A stretch of DNA of 64,000 bases from an uncultured Gammaproteobacteria bacterium (lineage in GTDB: Bacteria > Pseudomonadota > Gammaproteobacteria > Steroidobacterales > Woeseiaceae): contig CALNXZ010000003.1 of the NCBI GenBank assembly GCA_942490655.1, positions 39,441-103,440 of the forward strand. The letters are read 5' to 3'. The notes under the pieces are model-generated. The model searched no databases. It saw only the letters and a program-made list of their open reading frames with translations, and had not been told where the DNA came from. Both the position numbers and the translations under genes were made by a program. Positions 9,397 to 19,334 of the stretch are shown here, one piece after another; the stretch's first letter is position 1; the number at the start of each line of letters is the position of its first letter.

Positions 9397-11645
9397 GTGA
9401 TATGCAAAACAGTCTGAACCTGGAAGGTGTCGAGCAACAGGCGCTCAAGGACTATACCGAACAGGCCTATCTCGATTATTCGATGTACGTGATACTGGAT
9501 CGCGCGTTGCCGCAGATTGGCGACGGACTGAAGCCCGTACAGCGGCGCATCATTTATGCGATGAGCGAACTGGGCTTGTCGGCTACGTCGAAACCTAAGA
9601 AGTCCGCAAGGACAGTAGGCGATGTGATCGGCAAGTTTCATCCGCACGGTGATTCCGCCTGTTATGAGGCAATGGTGCTCATGGCGCAGGATTTTTCGTA
9701 TCGCTACCCGATCGTTCTCGGCCAGGGCAACTGGGGTTCGACCGACGACCCGAAATCATTTGCGGCGATGCGATACACGGAGTCCCGGCTTACTCCGTAT
9801 GCGAAGAGCCTGTTGCAGGAACTCGACCAGGGAACGGTGGATTGGTCACCGAACTTCGATGGCACGCTCAAGGAACCGGTGGTTCTCCCGGCGCGCCTGC
9901 CGAATCTGCTGCTGAATGGAACGACGGGTATTGCTGTGGGCATGTCGACTGACGTTCCTCCTCACAATCTCAACGAAGTGGCCAGTGCGCTGGTACACCT
10001 GATCGACGAGCCGAAAGCGACCGTTAGCCAGCTGATGAAACACATCAAGGGACCGGACTATCCGACCGGTGGTGAGCTGGTTTCACCTGCGGCTGATATC
10101 AAGGAAATCTACGAGACCGGCGGCGGCACCCTGCGCCTGCGCGCGTCCTTCAAGTTGGAAGGCAGCGATATAGTCATTACGTCATTGCCGCACCAGATTT
10201 CCGGTGCGAAGTTGCTGGAACAGATCGCTACGCAAATGCGCGCCAAGAAACTGCCGCAGGTTGACGACTTGCGCGACGAATCCGATCACGAGGAGCCCGT
10301 GCGCCTCGTAATCAGCAAGAAACGTGGCGTCGATGTTGACCAGCTGATGTCACACCTGTTTTCCACGACTTCGCTGGAGCGCACCGTTCGCGTCAATATG
10401 AACGTCATTGGGCTCGATGGTCGCCCGCGCCTGTTCAATTTGCTCGAGATGCTCAAGGAATGGCTGAGCTTTCGCAAGGACACGGTCACCAATCGACTGC
10501 AGCATCGTTTGCAAATCGTTACCGATCGCTTGCACATCCTTGATGGCCTGTTGCTGGCCTACCTCAGTATTGATGAGGTCATCGCGATCATTCGTAAAGA
10601 GGACGAGCCGAAGCCTGTTCTGATGAAGTGCTTCAAGTTGTCGGACATCCAGGCAGAAGCGATTCTCAATCTGCGCTTACGTTTTCTCGCCAAACTGGAG
10701 GAAATGAAGATCCGGGGTGAGCAGGACGAACTGAATGAAGAGCGCAAGGTCCTGGAGAAGACGCTGGGCAGCGCGGCGAGACTCAAGACGCTGATCAAGA
10801 AGGAAATTCTTGAAGATGCACAAGCTTATGGTGACACACGGCGCACGCAGATAGTGCAACGCGAAGCTGCGCAGGCGCTGGACGAAACGCAGTTGGTCGT
10901 GAGTGAACCGGTTACGGTGGTGTTGTCGCAAGCCGGCTATGCCCGCGCCGCCAAAGGTCACGAAATAGATCCCGGAACGCTCAACTACCGTTCGGGCGAT
11001 ACTTACCTTGCCGCGGCAAAAGGCCGCAGCAATCAGCTCGCAATGTTTATCGATAGCACCGGCCGAATTTATAGTGTTGTTTCCGGCACGCTGCCGTCGG
11101 CGCGAGGGCAGGGTGAACCTCTGTCGAGCCGATTCAAGCCACCCGATGGCGCGGTTTTTTGCGGTGCGATGATCGGCGAGAGCGAGCAAAAATATTTACT
11201 TGCGAGCGATGCAGGATACGGATTTATCGCAAGCCTCGGTGATCTTGTCACTCGTAACCGCGCCGGCAAGGCGGTGCTGCGAGTGCCTGCCGGCGGCAGA
11301 GCCGTCGTTCCCTCGCCGGTACCGGCAGGTACGGAGTGTCTGATCGCTGCAGTGAGTTCGATCGGGCGCCTGCTGTTTTTCGAGATGGACGAGCTACCTG
11401 AACTTGCCAAAGGCAAGGGCAATAAGCTCATCAATATTCCGGGCAAAAAGTACAAGAGCGGTGGCGAGACGATGGTGGCGGCGGCGGTCGTTCCGGAAAA
11501 TGGCAGCTTGCAAGTGCACACAGGCACTCGTGTGATGACTATTAAGTGGAATGACGTTGACGACTATTACGGCGACCGCGCATTGCGTGGCAGCCTGTTA
11601 CCGCAAGGTTGGCGCAAGGTTGAACGGCTAACCAGCGCCGAATAG
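9393..11645 (+). CDS. parC: DNA topoisomerase IV subunit A
   Basis: The ATG at 9393 overlaps the parE stop. [21 protein letters not shown] and AAMRYTE (catalytic Tyr) motifs, ~750 aa. Confidence 0.9.
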   Translation: MSDMQNSLNLEGVEQQALKDYTEQAYLDYSMYVILDRALPQIGDGLKPVQRRIIYAMSELGLSATSKPKKSARTVGDVIGKFHPHGDSACYEAMVLMAQDFSYRYPIVLGQGNWGSTDDPKSFAAMRYTESRLTPYAKSLLQELDQGTVDWSPNFDGTLKEPVVLPARLPNLLLNGTTGIAVGMSTDVPPHNLNEVASALVHLIDEPKATVSQLMKHIKGPDYPTGGELVSPAADIKEIYETGGGTLRLRASFKLEGSDIVITSLPHQISGAKLLEQIATQMRAKKLPQVDDLRDESDHEEPVRLVISKKRGVDVDQLMSHLFSTTSLERTVRVNMNVIGLDGRPRLFNLLEMLKEWLSFRKDTVTNRLQHRLQIVTDRLHILDGLLLAYLSIDEVIAIIRKEDEPKPVLMKCFKLSDIQAEAILNLRLRFLAKLEEMKIRGEQDELNEERKVLEKTLGSAARLKTLIKKEILEDAQAYGDTRRTQIVQREAAQALDETQLVVSEPVTVVLSQAGYARAAKGHEIDPGTLNYRSGDTYLAAAKGRSNQLAMFIDSTGRIYSVVSGTLPSARGQGEPLSSRFKPPDGAVFCGAMIGESEQKYLLASDAGYGFIASLGDLVTRNRAGKAVLRVPAGGRAVVPSPVPAGTECLIAAVSSIGRLLFFEMDELPELAKGKGNKLINIPGKKYKSGGETMVAAAVVPENGSLQVHTGTRVMTIKWNDVDDYYGDRALRGSLLPQGWRKVERLTSAE

Positions 11646-13577
11646 TTACCTGGCCTTCTTTTTCTCGTAGGGCATTTCAACGGTTTCATCATCGGCCGCC
11701 GTATTGACGGTGATTTCTTCGTTGACGCCGGTATCGTCCAGATCGGAAATCTCGTCGTTTCGAGCCCGCATTTGTGCCGTGATATCGAGTTCGGTCACCG
11801 TTGCCAGCGGCAGCGCTTTGGTTTCATCGTCGTCTGCTTTGCCGTCGAGCCGCGCGGCGAGTTCAGCGGCAACCTTGGCGATTTCTGAATTCAACGCCTG
11901 CGTGGCGGTCAACTCATCTTCGTAGTCCTGCTCCAGCACCTCGTAGTCGACCTGTTTGTTGATAGTGTAGTGCGGTGTAATCATTGACTCATCATCAAGG
12001 TCCACTTCGACCGCTTTCAAGTCGCGCTCAGTAATTTCGTCCGTATGCGGAATCTTGGTTGCGTCAACGATCACGGACATGTCGTAGTCATCGTCATCCG
12101 GAAGGATTTCGCTGTCGAGTATCGAATGCTCATCCGTTCTTAGTGGCGGTAGCATGTCGGTTTTTTCATCAACGCTGGCAAGTGGCTCAAAGGGCAGTTC
12201 AATATCAAGATCGGTAGCCGCGGCGTACCCAAAGTCCTGAGAAATATCGGATTCGGACTCAGAGCCGGACGTGAGGCCCGTGCCGATGATGAGGTCCGCA
12301 TCAAGCACCAGATTTTCCTGAGTTGGTGACTCGTCGCTGATGTCGTAGTCGACTCCGATGGCGTCAATATTTTCGGTGTCTGTCGTTTGCGTATCACTGA
12401 ATCGACGTCGATTCAGCTGCTCGGTTGCGTCGGGCGCAGTTTCCGGTGTTGCTCGGAATCGGCGACCGAACATCATCAGTCCCAGGATCAGAGCGATACC
12501 GCTGCCGGCCAGCCAAGCGAGCCAGGACAGCGATGATTCATTTTCGGTCTCGACGCTGTTGCTGATAATGATTGCGGTTGGGACGTTTGGCGATGCGGAA
12601 GCCGTTGTTGGCGCCGGCAATTGCGTGTCGAGAATTATGTCGCCAGGTTGCAGGTCGTCGCCAACGAGGTCTGGCTCCGTCAAGTCATCAAGTATGACTT
12701 CGACAGGAGCAGCATCAACCAGGGCTTCGACAGCAACGGGCTCTGCGCTGGTGTAGGCTGCGTCGATCGTATCGGCCATCGACTCTACGGCTACAGACTC
12801 AAGCGACGAATCAACAATAGTCGCCGGTGCAACTTCGGTAGCGGGGCCGTTGAGATTCGGAATGGTCAGCCAGCTACCGGCTTTGAGTTGATTGGGATCA
12901 TTGTTGATAAAGGCGTCCGGATTTGCGGCGAAGATCGCGTTAACGGCAGGCCACAAACCGATCGAACGATTGTCGATACGTTGGGCGATTTCCGAAAGCG
13001 ACTCTCCGCGCTGTACCTGGTAACGCGATCCCTTGCTGATGTCCGTTTGTATCGGCTGGACAACGGTTTTCGCAGTGGGTCGGCTTACCGCGGCTGGAGT
13101 GGCAGCTACTGGGTCCATCATGGATTCGGCGAAAGCCTCGGCCTGCTGAGTAACACTCGTCTGTTCGTAGCTTGAATCCAACGGATCGATAAACGCCAGG
13201 TATTCGCGACTGAGGTTTGCGGAATAAGGGCAGTTGATAACTACGTGTGCGGAGACCATCGGTTCACGGACCGGCGTTCGACCGACCAGCATGATGACGC
13301 CGTTCGCAACGCTGATGCTTGCTTCACCGAATCCGGGCAAGCCACTAAGCGATGCGCCGGGTCGTAGCTTGACGCAATAGTCTGCAATCTGTTCCGTCGG
13401 CGCGAGCGCGTAAGCAATGCTGGCGCGCAAGGGTTGACCGAGGCGCGAGTGTACCGTGAGGTCCCCGAGTTCGAGTGCACCTGCAGGGATAGCGGCCAGG
13501 CTGCTGCCAACAGCGAATAGTGCTGGCAGGCTACGGTTGGCTCGAATGTTTCTGCTTGATCCGTTTTTCACTGTCAC
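11646..13577 (-). CDS. FimV/HubP-like protein (FimV N-domain, LysM, one TM, acidic cytoplasmic tail; no FimV C-terminal motif)
   Basis: 643 aa with a GTG start. Signal sequence, LGDLTVHSRLGQPLRASI FimV N-motif, LysM (YQVQRGESLSEIAQRI..AGSWLTIP), TM WLAWLAGSGIALILGLMMF, then a D/E-rich tail. Confidence 0.75.
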   Translation of the reverse strand: MTVKNGSSRNIRANRSLPALFAVGSSLAAIPAGALELGDLTVHSRLGQPLRASIAYALAPTEQIADYCVKLRPGASLSGLPGFGEASISVANGVIMLVGRTPVREPMVSAHVVINCPYSANLSREYLAFIDPLDSSYEQTSVTQQAEAFAESMMDPVAATPAAVSRPTAKTVVQPIQTDISKGSRYQVQRGESLSEIAQRIDNRSIGLWPAVNAIFAANPDAFINNDPNQLKAGSWLTIPNLNGPATEVAPATIVDSSLESVAVESMADTIDAAYTSAEPVAVEALVDAAPVEVILDDLTEPDLVGDDLQPGDIILDTQLPAPTTASASPNVPTAIIISNSVETENESSLSWLAWLAGSGIALILGLMMFGRRFRATPETAPDATEQLNRRRFSDTQTTDTENIDAIGVDYDISDESPTQENLVLDADLIIGTGLTSGSESESDISQDFGYAAATDLDIELPFEPLASVDEKTDMLPPLRTDEHSILDSEILPDDDDYDMSVIVDATKIPHTDEITERDLKAVEVDLDDESMITPHYTINKQVDYEVLEQDYEDELTATQALNSEIAKVAAELAARLDGKADDDETKALPLATVTELDITAQMRARNDEISDLDDTGVNEEITVNTAADDETVEMPYEKKKAR

Positions 13578-13661
13578 TCACTCCGCGATATTCGATTGTC
13601 GGATGGGTGTCTATTTTAGGTTTTGAGGCGTGTGGGGCGTTAGCGGGTAGTTCCTTAAACA

Positions 13662-13683
13662 GAGTGTGACCTGCGTCACACTT
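13662..13683. promoter_or_regulatory. CRP/Vfr-like site TGTGA-N6-TCACA (also a possible hairpin)
   Basis: gagTGTGAcctgcgTCACActt, with both half-sites perfect. The centre is ~95 nt upstream of the FimV-like start and 25 nt after the FimX-like stop. Confidence 0.45.
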
Positions 13684-13704
13684 TTGTTGCGCACGTAAAA
13701 TCGG

Positions 13705-15813
13705 CTATACCGCGTGCGCGGCCGTTAGCTGCGCCAAAGTGCTGCTTGCCACGACTTCGGCTTCCTCGAGGACGACTTCAGGTTCATGGACATAATGTCC
13801 TTGCATGAAGTCGAGGCCGAGTTGAAACAGTACGGCCATCGAATTTGCGCTCTCAACGCGCTCTGCGATTGTCTTTATCTTGCGCTCCTGCGCGGCCTTG
13901 ACGACGTTGCTCACAGCCGCCTGCAAACCCGAGTCCGTCATGAGCGTGTGCATTAATTCGCCATCGAGTTTGATGTAATCGGGTTTCAATATGTCCAGTA
14001 TCTGGAAACGATCCTGATCCACACCGTAATGTTCGAGTGCGAAGCCGATGCCGATCTTGCGTGCGTGTTTCACCAGTGCCTGGGTTTGTTTGATGTGTTT
14101 TGCGGCATCGCGCTCAGGAATCTGAATGACAAGCCGTGAGCAATCGAACTCGTGAGCATCGAGCTTTTGTTCCAACCATGCGGCAGTCGTGTTGTCGGTC
14201 ACAGACTGTCTCGACATACGCACGAATACTCGATCAGCGCTATTCTTGTTGCAGAATTCTACGGCGGATTGCAGCATCCAGCGGTCGATATTCTTCATCA
14301 TGTTGTTGCGTGCTGCGGCGGGCAGGAATTCCGATGGCAGGACCGATTTACCCTGTTCGTCGATCATGCGTACCAAGAGATCGTACATCTTCACTGAGTC
14401 GCTGCGCAGCCCGGCGATTGGCAGTTGCGCGAGGCGGAACCGACCTTCCATCAATGCGGCCTTCAGGTGTTTCACCCAGATTGCATCAAACTCGCGCTGC
14501 TTGGTGTCTTCGTCGGCGCTCTCGTCGAGGAACGAGGTATTTCCGCCGGAGTCCTTGCCGAGTTTGTGCGCGGCAATGGTGGCCGCAATGAATTCTTCAA
14601 GACTGCCGAACACCTCACTCACGGCGCAGGCGCCGACCGTACAGGTCATGTTTGCTGATCGATCCTCAACCTCGAATGTATGTTTCGCGATCAGGTCGCA
14701 GATTTGCTTGCCCCATACCTGAGCATCGCGCGCAGAACCGCGCTCCAGCAGAACCATTAACGATGTACCTTCAAAGCGTCCGGCAATATCGCGAGGGTGC
14801 AGACGCTTGCGGACCAGTTCGGCAAGCTGCGCTAGCACTTCTTCAGAATTCAGGGTGCCGATCTTCTTGTGCACTTCGGTGAACCTGTCCGGCTTGATAT
14901 ATACCAGGCAATGCGTTCCTTGCGACGGTTTGCTTTTTAATCGCTTGGAAATTCTTTCGATGAATTGTGCACGGTGAAACAACAAGGTTGTCGGGTCGCG
15001 TTTTAAGGCGTCGTGAACCAGCTTGGTTGGCTCTTCTGCCACCTTGAGCTGTGGTGCTATGCGAATCTGAACGCAAGGTCCGTCGTCCAGATCGAACCGT
15101 CGAAATTCCAGATGCACCTCGTTACTGTCACCGACGTCAACTCGCGACTTGACGATCAGCTTTTCATTCTTTGCCCATTTGCCTTCAATGGTTGCGATCA
15201 AGGCGCCTTTTAGCGCGGCCTGACTCTCCGCCTCGAAAGTATCCATGACCGGAATACCGACGAGCTCGTCCCTGTCTTTGGCTTTGAATTTCTTCATCCA
15301 GGCATCGTTGACGTCCATAAAGATGCCTTCCTGAATCAGAGCGATCGAGCTGCTCGATGATTCCATATGATCTTTTAGCTGACGTTTGTATGCCGTTGCT
15401 GATTGCAATGTCGAGTTCAGAGCGCGTTCGACTCGGAGTGCCCGAAGTTCGCGTGTGACCACAGACTGCAAGCGTTTCTTTAATGAGATCGAGACCAGAT
15501 CGCAGGCGCCTGCCTGCATAGCATCCTGAATGCTGGATTCATCTGCGGTTTCCTGCATTGCGATGAGAGGAACTTCGGGGTTGTAACAGTCCTTCTGCTT
15601 AATGACCTGGCGGATGGAGTCTTTGTAGCGGTCGCAATTCAGAATTAATAGTTCAACGTTCTCGGCGGCCAGAGTATTGGCAAGCTTGTCGGGATTGGAA
15701 ATCCAATGGCAGCGCGCCGCATGACCCGCGTCGCGCAAGGTGCCGTTAATGATTTCGACATCGTCCTGATTATCCGTCAGAACGGCAATGGAGATGCTTT
15801 GGTGCCCGTTCAA
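13705..15813 (-). CDS. FimX-like c-di-GMP signalling protein: pseudo-REC, PAS, degenerate GGDEF, degenerate EAL
   Basis: 702 aa with a TTG start. The REC-like N-terminus has N where the phospho-Asp should be (LLILNCD). The GGDEF position reads EGTSL, the EAL motif reads DLL, and DFG(T)GYSS reads EHYGVDQ. The KLD and QG motifs are kept. Confidence 0.75.
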   Translation of the reverse strand: MNGHQSISIAVLTDNQDDVEIINGTLRDAGHAARCHWISNPDKLANTLAAENVELLILNCDRYKDSIRQVIKQKDCYNPEVPLIAMQETADESSIQDAMQAGACDLVSISLKKRLQSVVTRELRALRVERALNSTLQSATAYKRQLKDHMESSSSSIALIQEGIFMDVNDAWMKKFKAKDRDELVGIPVMDTFEAESQAALKGALIATIEGKWAKNEKLIVKSRVDVGDSNEVHLEFRRFDLDDGPCVQIRIAPQLKVAEEPTKLVHDALKRDPTTLLFHRAQFIERISKRLKSKPSQGTHCLVYIKPDRFTEVHKKIGTLNSEEVLAQLAELVRKRLHPRDIAGRFEGTSLMVLLERGSARDAQVWGKQICDLIAKHTFEVEDRSANMTCTVGACAVSEVFGSLEEFIAATIAAHKLGKDSGGNTSFLDESADEDTKQREFDAIWVKHLKAALMEGRFRLAQLPIAGLRSDSVKMYDLLVRMIDEQGKSVLPSEFLPAAARNNMMKNIDRWMLQSAVEFCNKNSADRVFVRMSRQSVTDNTTAAWLEQKLDAHEFDCSRLVIQIPERDAAKHIKQTQALVKHARKIGIGFALEHYGVDQDRFQILDILKPDYIKLDGELMHTLMTDSGLQAAVSNVVKAAQERKIKTIAERVESANSMAVLFQLGLDFMQGHYVHEPEVVLEEAEVVASSTLAQLTAAHAV

Positions 15814-15916
15814 ATCCTTGATCCTGGCAACGCGGTCTTCCGCTGATTTCCGTATTTTGTAAACCGTGCAAGCAGTCTAAGCACTGTGCGAGCCGGCGTC
15901 GCCGTCGGGACCTCAA

Positions 15917-15938
15917 AACCGTGACCTGCATCAAATTT
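15917..15938. promoter_or_regulatory. second CRP/Vfr-like site sharing the core GTGACCTGCrTCA
   Basis: aacCGTGAcctgcaTCAAAttt, 4 of 5 matches in each half-site. The centre is ~114 nt upstream of the FimX-like start. It has the same spacer and T-rich flank as the site at 13662. Confidence 0.35.
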
Positions 15939-16049
15939 TAGTCTCATTTGGCCGCTATCAGGGCCGAAAATACGTCTGGTTTAGCCGCCAGAGTCTAGTA
16001 TGATTGCGCCTCGCCGCCATCCGGCGGAACCCAGAACAGAGCGAAAATT

Positions 16050-16616
16050 ATGGCCAGTTACAACACCAGCGAATTCAAATCGGGACTGCGTATTATCCTC
16101 GACGGCAATCCTTTCCTGATCGTTGAGAATGAATTCGTAAAACCGGGCAAGGGTCAGGCATTCAACCGAGTGCGTATTAAGAACCTTAAGACCGGCAAGA
16201 CGATCGACAAGACCTTCAAGTCCGGAGACACTGTCGAAGCAGCGGACGTGAGAGACACCGATATGCAATACCTGTATGCGGACGGTGAGTTCTGGCATTT
16301 CATGTTGCCCGATACGTTTGAGCAATATGCGGCGGACCAATCCGCTATGGGCGATGCCGTAGACTGGATCTCGGACGGTGATGTTTGCATGGTTACGTTG
16401 TGGAACGATTCACCCTTGCTTGTCGCGCCGCCAAACTTTGTCGAGCTCGAGATTGTTGAAACGGATCCAGGGCTAAAGGGCGATACTTCGGGCGGTGGCG
16501 TCAAACCGGCGACTCTGTCTACCGGCGCTGTGGTGCGAGTACCTTTGTTCGTTGATCAAAATGAAGTCATTCGCGTTGATACACGATCGAGAGAATACGT
16601 TTCTCGCGTCAAATAA
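16050..16616 (+). CDS. efp: elongation factor P
   Basis: 188 aa. [14 protein letters not shown] loop with the modifiable Lys. Full EF-P domain order. Confidence 0.95.
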   Translation: MASYNTSEFKSGLRIILDGNPFLIVENEFVKPGKGQAFNRVRIKNLKTGKTIDKTFKSGDTVEAADVRDTDMQYLYADGEFWHFMLPDTFEQYAADQSAMGDAVDWISDGDVCMVTLWNDSPLLVAPPNFVELEIVETDPGLKGDTSGGGVKPATLSTGAVVRVPLFVDQNEVIRVDTRSREYVSRVK

Positions 16617-17082
16617 ACTGTTTGCGTTGACTTTGCAATTCACAAAACGTCGCGCACAAACGTTCAATACCCTGTTGGTCGATCTCGCTAAAACGATCGG
16701 CAATCGGGCTGTCTATATCGAGCACTCCGATCAGTTTGCCGTTGGTAATAAGCGGCACAACAATCTCGGATCGTGATTCAGCATCGCAGACTATGTGACC
16801 TTCGAATTCGTGTACGTCCGCAATGCGTTGAGTGCTGCGACTTGCGGCGGCCGTTCCACAAACGCCGGCGCCGAGCGGAATATGTACACATGCCGGTTTA
16901 CCCTGGAAGGGCCCGAGCACAAGTTCCTCGCCGCGCAGCACATAGATGCCCAGCCAGTTGACACTTTCCATGTCGTTCTTCAGCAGCGCGACAAAGTTGC
17001 TGGCGCTGGCGAGCGCATCGGATTCACCGTCGAGCAAAGCTCGCAGTTGTGAATCAAGCATGGCGTAGTCGGGATTAGTCAT
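16609..17082 (-). CDS. GAF-domain protein, free methionine-(R)-sulfoxide reductase-like (MsrC/YebR type)
   Basis: The internal ATG at 17082 overlaps the epmA stop. [43 protein letters not shown] resembles the YebR family. Confidence 0.7.
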   Translation of the reverse strand: MTNPDYAMLDSQLRALLDGESDALASASNFVALLKNDMESVNWLGIYVLRGEELVLGPFQGKPACVHIPLGAGVCGTAAASRSTQRIADVHEFEGHIVCDAESRSEIVVPLITNGKLIGVLDIDSPIADRFSEIDQQGIERLCATFCELQSQRKQFI

Positions 17083-18046
17083 TTCGGTCCTCAAACAGGA
17101 AAGGGATAACATCGCGAATATCATCGGTTTTGTCATGCACCATTTGCAGGCGCTCAAGTCCCATAGCGACACCTGCGGACGGCGGTAAGCCGCTCTGCAA
17201 TGCGGCGATCAGGTTTTTGTCGTGCGGCCGAACGCGCTGACCCCGCTGCGCCCGTGTGGCAAGGTCATCTGTCATGCGCGCCGATTGGACAGTGGCATCG
17301 GTCAGCTCCACATAGCCATTGGCGATTTCCAGCGGCCCGATGAATACCTCAAAGCGATCGGCGACGCTCGCATCGGTCGGGCAGATCCGCGCAAGCGCGG
17401 ACTGTGAAGCAGGGTAATGACGAATGACTGTCGGTCGATCTCGCGAAAATTGTGGCGCTATTCGCGTGCTTAACAGGAGGTCGAGCCAGCCATCTCGTTC
17501 ATTCCCTAGAGCCGCACGCAGGTCGCTGTCGGCATTGGCAGCATCGGCAAGCTCTTCGATGGTTGCCGTCATGGGGTCAAGTTCCAGTGCACGAGTAAAT
17601 ACTTCGCGATAGTCGCTAACGACCGCCTTGGTTGCAATTGCCGGGTCGTGCAGCGCTACGGCGATTGTCTGCAAAGCATCTTTGATAATAGCGTCGAGTT
17701 GAAAATCCAGCCGATACCACTCGACCATCGTAAATTCTGGTTGGTGCCGGCGGCCGGCTTCGCCATCGCGATACACACGGCAGATGGAGTAGATGTCCGG
17801 ATAGCCGGATGCCAAAAGCCGTTTCATGCAGAACTCGGGTGAGGTATGCAGGAATAGCGGCGCACGAGTGAGTTCGCTGCGGACTTCCAGGCTTTCGATC
17901 TGAACATCACTCGCCGCGGCAGGACTCAACGCGGGTGTGGCAACTTCCAGTACGGCGCTGTGCTCGAAATGCTCGCGCAGGCGCCGCAGCATGGCTGCTC
18001 GACGTCGTGCGGATTCGGGTCCTGAAGTCGGCCGCCAGCTGGTCAC
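17075..18046 (-). CDS. epmA: EF-P (R)-beta-lysine ligase
   Basis: 323 aa with a GTG start overlapping the psd stop. Truncated class II LysRS-like sequence (LHTSPEF..KRLLA, FTMVEWY, GVAMGLERL). Confidence 0.85.
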   Translation of the reverse strand: MTSWRPTSGPESARRRAAMLRRLREHFEHSAVLEVATPALSPAAASDVQIESLEVRSELTRAPLFLHTSPEFCMKRLLASGYPDIYSICRVYRDGEAGRRHQPEFTMVEWYRLDFQLDAIIKDALQTIAVALHDPAIATKAVVSDYREVFTRALELDPMTATIEELADAANADSDLRAALGNERDGWLDLLLSTRIAPQFSRDRPTVIRHYPASQSALARICPTDASVADRFEVFIGPLEIANGYVELTDATVQSARMTDDLATRAQRGQRVRPHDKNLIAALQSGLPPSAGVAMGLERLQMVHDKTDDIRDVIPFLFEDRND

Positions 18047-18903
18047 GGCTGTGATTTGCTATGACCGATAGCCTCGCCAACACGAACGGTTGCGCCCGTG
18101 CGCAAAGTGTCATCCCACGCGTAGACGCCAGGGGGTGACAACAGGATGACCGTCGAACCCATGTTGAACCAGCCGAGCAGATCACCCTTCTTTACAGTAG
18201 TCGGGTAACGCGTGAGGTCGAGCGCATCGACGACGCCGCGTTTGCGTGGGCGCAGTTCGCCGCACCACGGAGTAGAAATGCTGCCCACGTTGAGCGCACC
18301 AACAAAAATCAGACACGCCGGACCGCGCGAGGTTTGGAAGTGCATGACAAGTCGTTCGTTACGCCGGAACAGGCCGGGCACGCGTGCAACCGTGGCATCG
18401 TTAACGCTAAAAAGATCGCCAGGCACATATCGAGCGGCAACCAGTTCGCCATCCAACGGTGCATGTACGCGGTGGTAATTGTAAGGAGCGAGATAGATAG
18501 TCGCGAAATTGCCATCGATGTAGGCATTGCCTTGCTCAGTGTCCGTCGCCAATAAATCCGTCAGCGAGTACTCGATTCCCTTTGCCTGGATAATGCTGTC
18601 ATGTCGAATGGCAGAGGCAATGCTGACGGTTCCATCGACAGGCGACACGACGCTGTGTTTATCAACATCTATCGGCCGCGCATCCGCCTGAAGCTCGCGT
18701 ACGAAGAAGTCGTTAAAAGTAGCAAAATCGTCGGGCACCGTCAGTGCCACCTCATCAACCGCGACGTTATACAAGCCAACAAATCGCGTGATCAGAAAAT
18801 TCTTGATCGAAACCTGGCGAATTCGAGCTATGTGCCAGATCAGCGTTGTCAGCAGGTGTTGTGGCAACAGGTACTGCAATCCGACAAACAAGGCAGCCAG
18901 CAT
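18043..18903 (-). CDS. psd: phosphatidylserine decarboxylase proenzyme
   Basis: 286 aa. YHRVH and the LGWFNMGSTV self-cleavage (GST) motif. Confidence 0.9.
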   Translation of the reverse strand: MLAALFVGLQYLLPQHLLTTLIWHIARIRQVSIKNFLITRFVGLYNVAVDEVALTVPDDFATFNDFFVRELQADARPIDVDKHSVVSPVDGTVSIASAIRHDSIIQAKGIEYSLTDLLATDTEQGNAYIDGNFATIYLAPYNYHRVHAPLDGELVAARYVPGDLFSVNDATVARVPGLFRRNERLVMHFQTSRGPACLIFVGALNVGSISTPWCGELRPRKRGVVDALDLTRYPTTVKKGDLLGWFNMGSTVILLSPPGVYAWDDTLRTGATVRVGEAIGHSKSQP

Positions 18904-19334
18904 CAGTTGTTCCTCTGTTTAATTGACGCTTGCACGCTAAGTAGCAATGTTTCGTCGTTGTAGAAGTTTAATGAGACACTCTTTGCTGCCCCAATCGGAC
19001 GCATCAGCATCAGGTGTTTGCCGCCCGGCTGTAACGAGACTCCTGATTTTGCCGCAATCGATAATTCCGCAACGCGTTGCATGCTGGCTATGCCGTCTCG
19101 CAGTAAGGATTCGTGTATCTCAACAGCCTCAAACTGCGGGCTCGTAACGCGGGTGACTCGGACCGGGTCGCTGGACAGATTGCTGAGTGTCAGGTAGCCC
19201 GCACTCATCGCGTGACCGGGGAGCGGCTCATTGATGACGATGTCGCTCGCAACCAGCGAGGGGCCGGAAGCGTTGTTGCAGGCTGAAAGCAGAATGAGCG
19301 TCATGCAAAGTAGCCATAAGCGCAAATATTGCAT
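18903..19334 (-). CDS. periplasmic copper chaperone PCu(A)C (DUF461)
   Basis: 143 aa. Signal or lipoprotein-like N-terminus. AGYLTL.N, VEIHES and GGKHLMLM motifs. The stop overlaps the psd start. Confidence 0.8.
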   Translation of the reverse strand: MQYLRLWLLCMTLILLSACNNASGPSLVASDIVINEPLPGHAMSAGYLTLSNLSSDPVRVTRVTSPQFEAVEIHESLLRDGIASMQRVAELSIAAKSGVSLQPGGKHLMLMRPIGAAKSVSLNFYNDETLLLSVQASIKQRNN

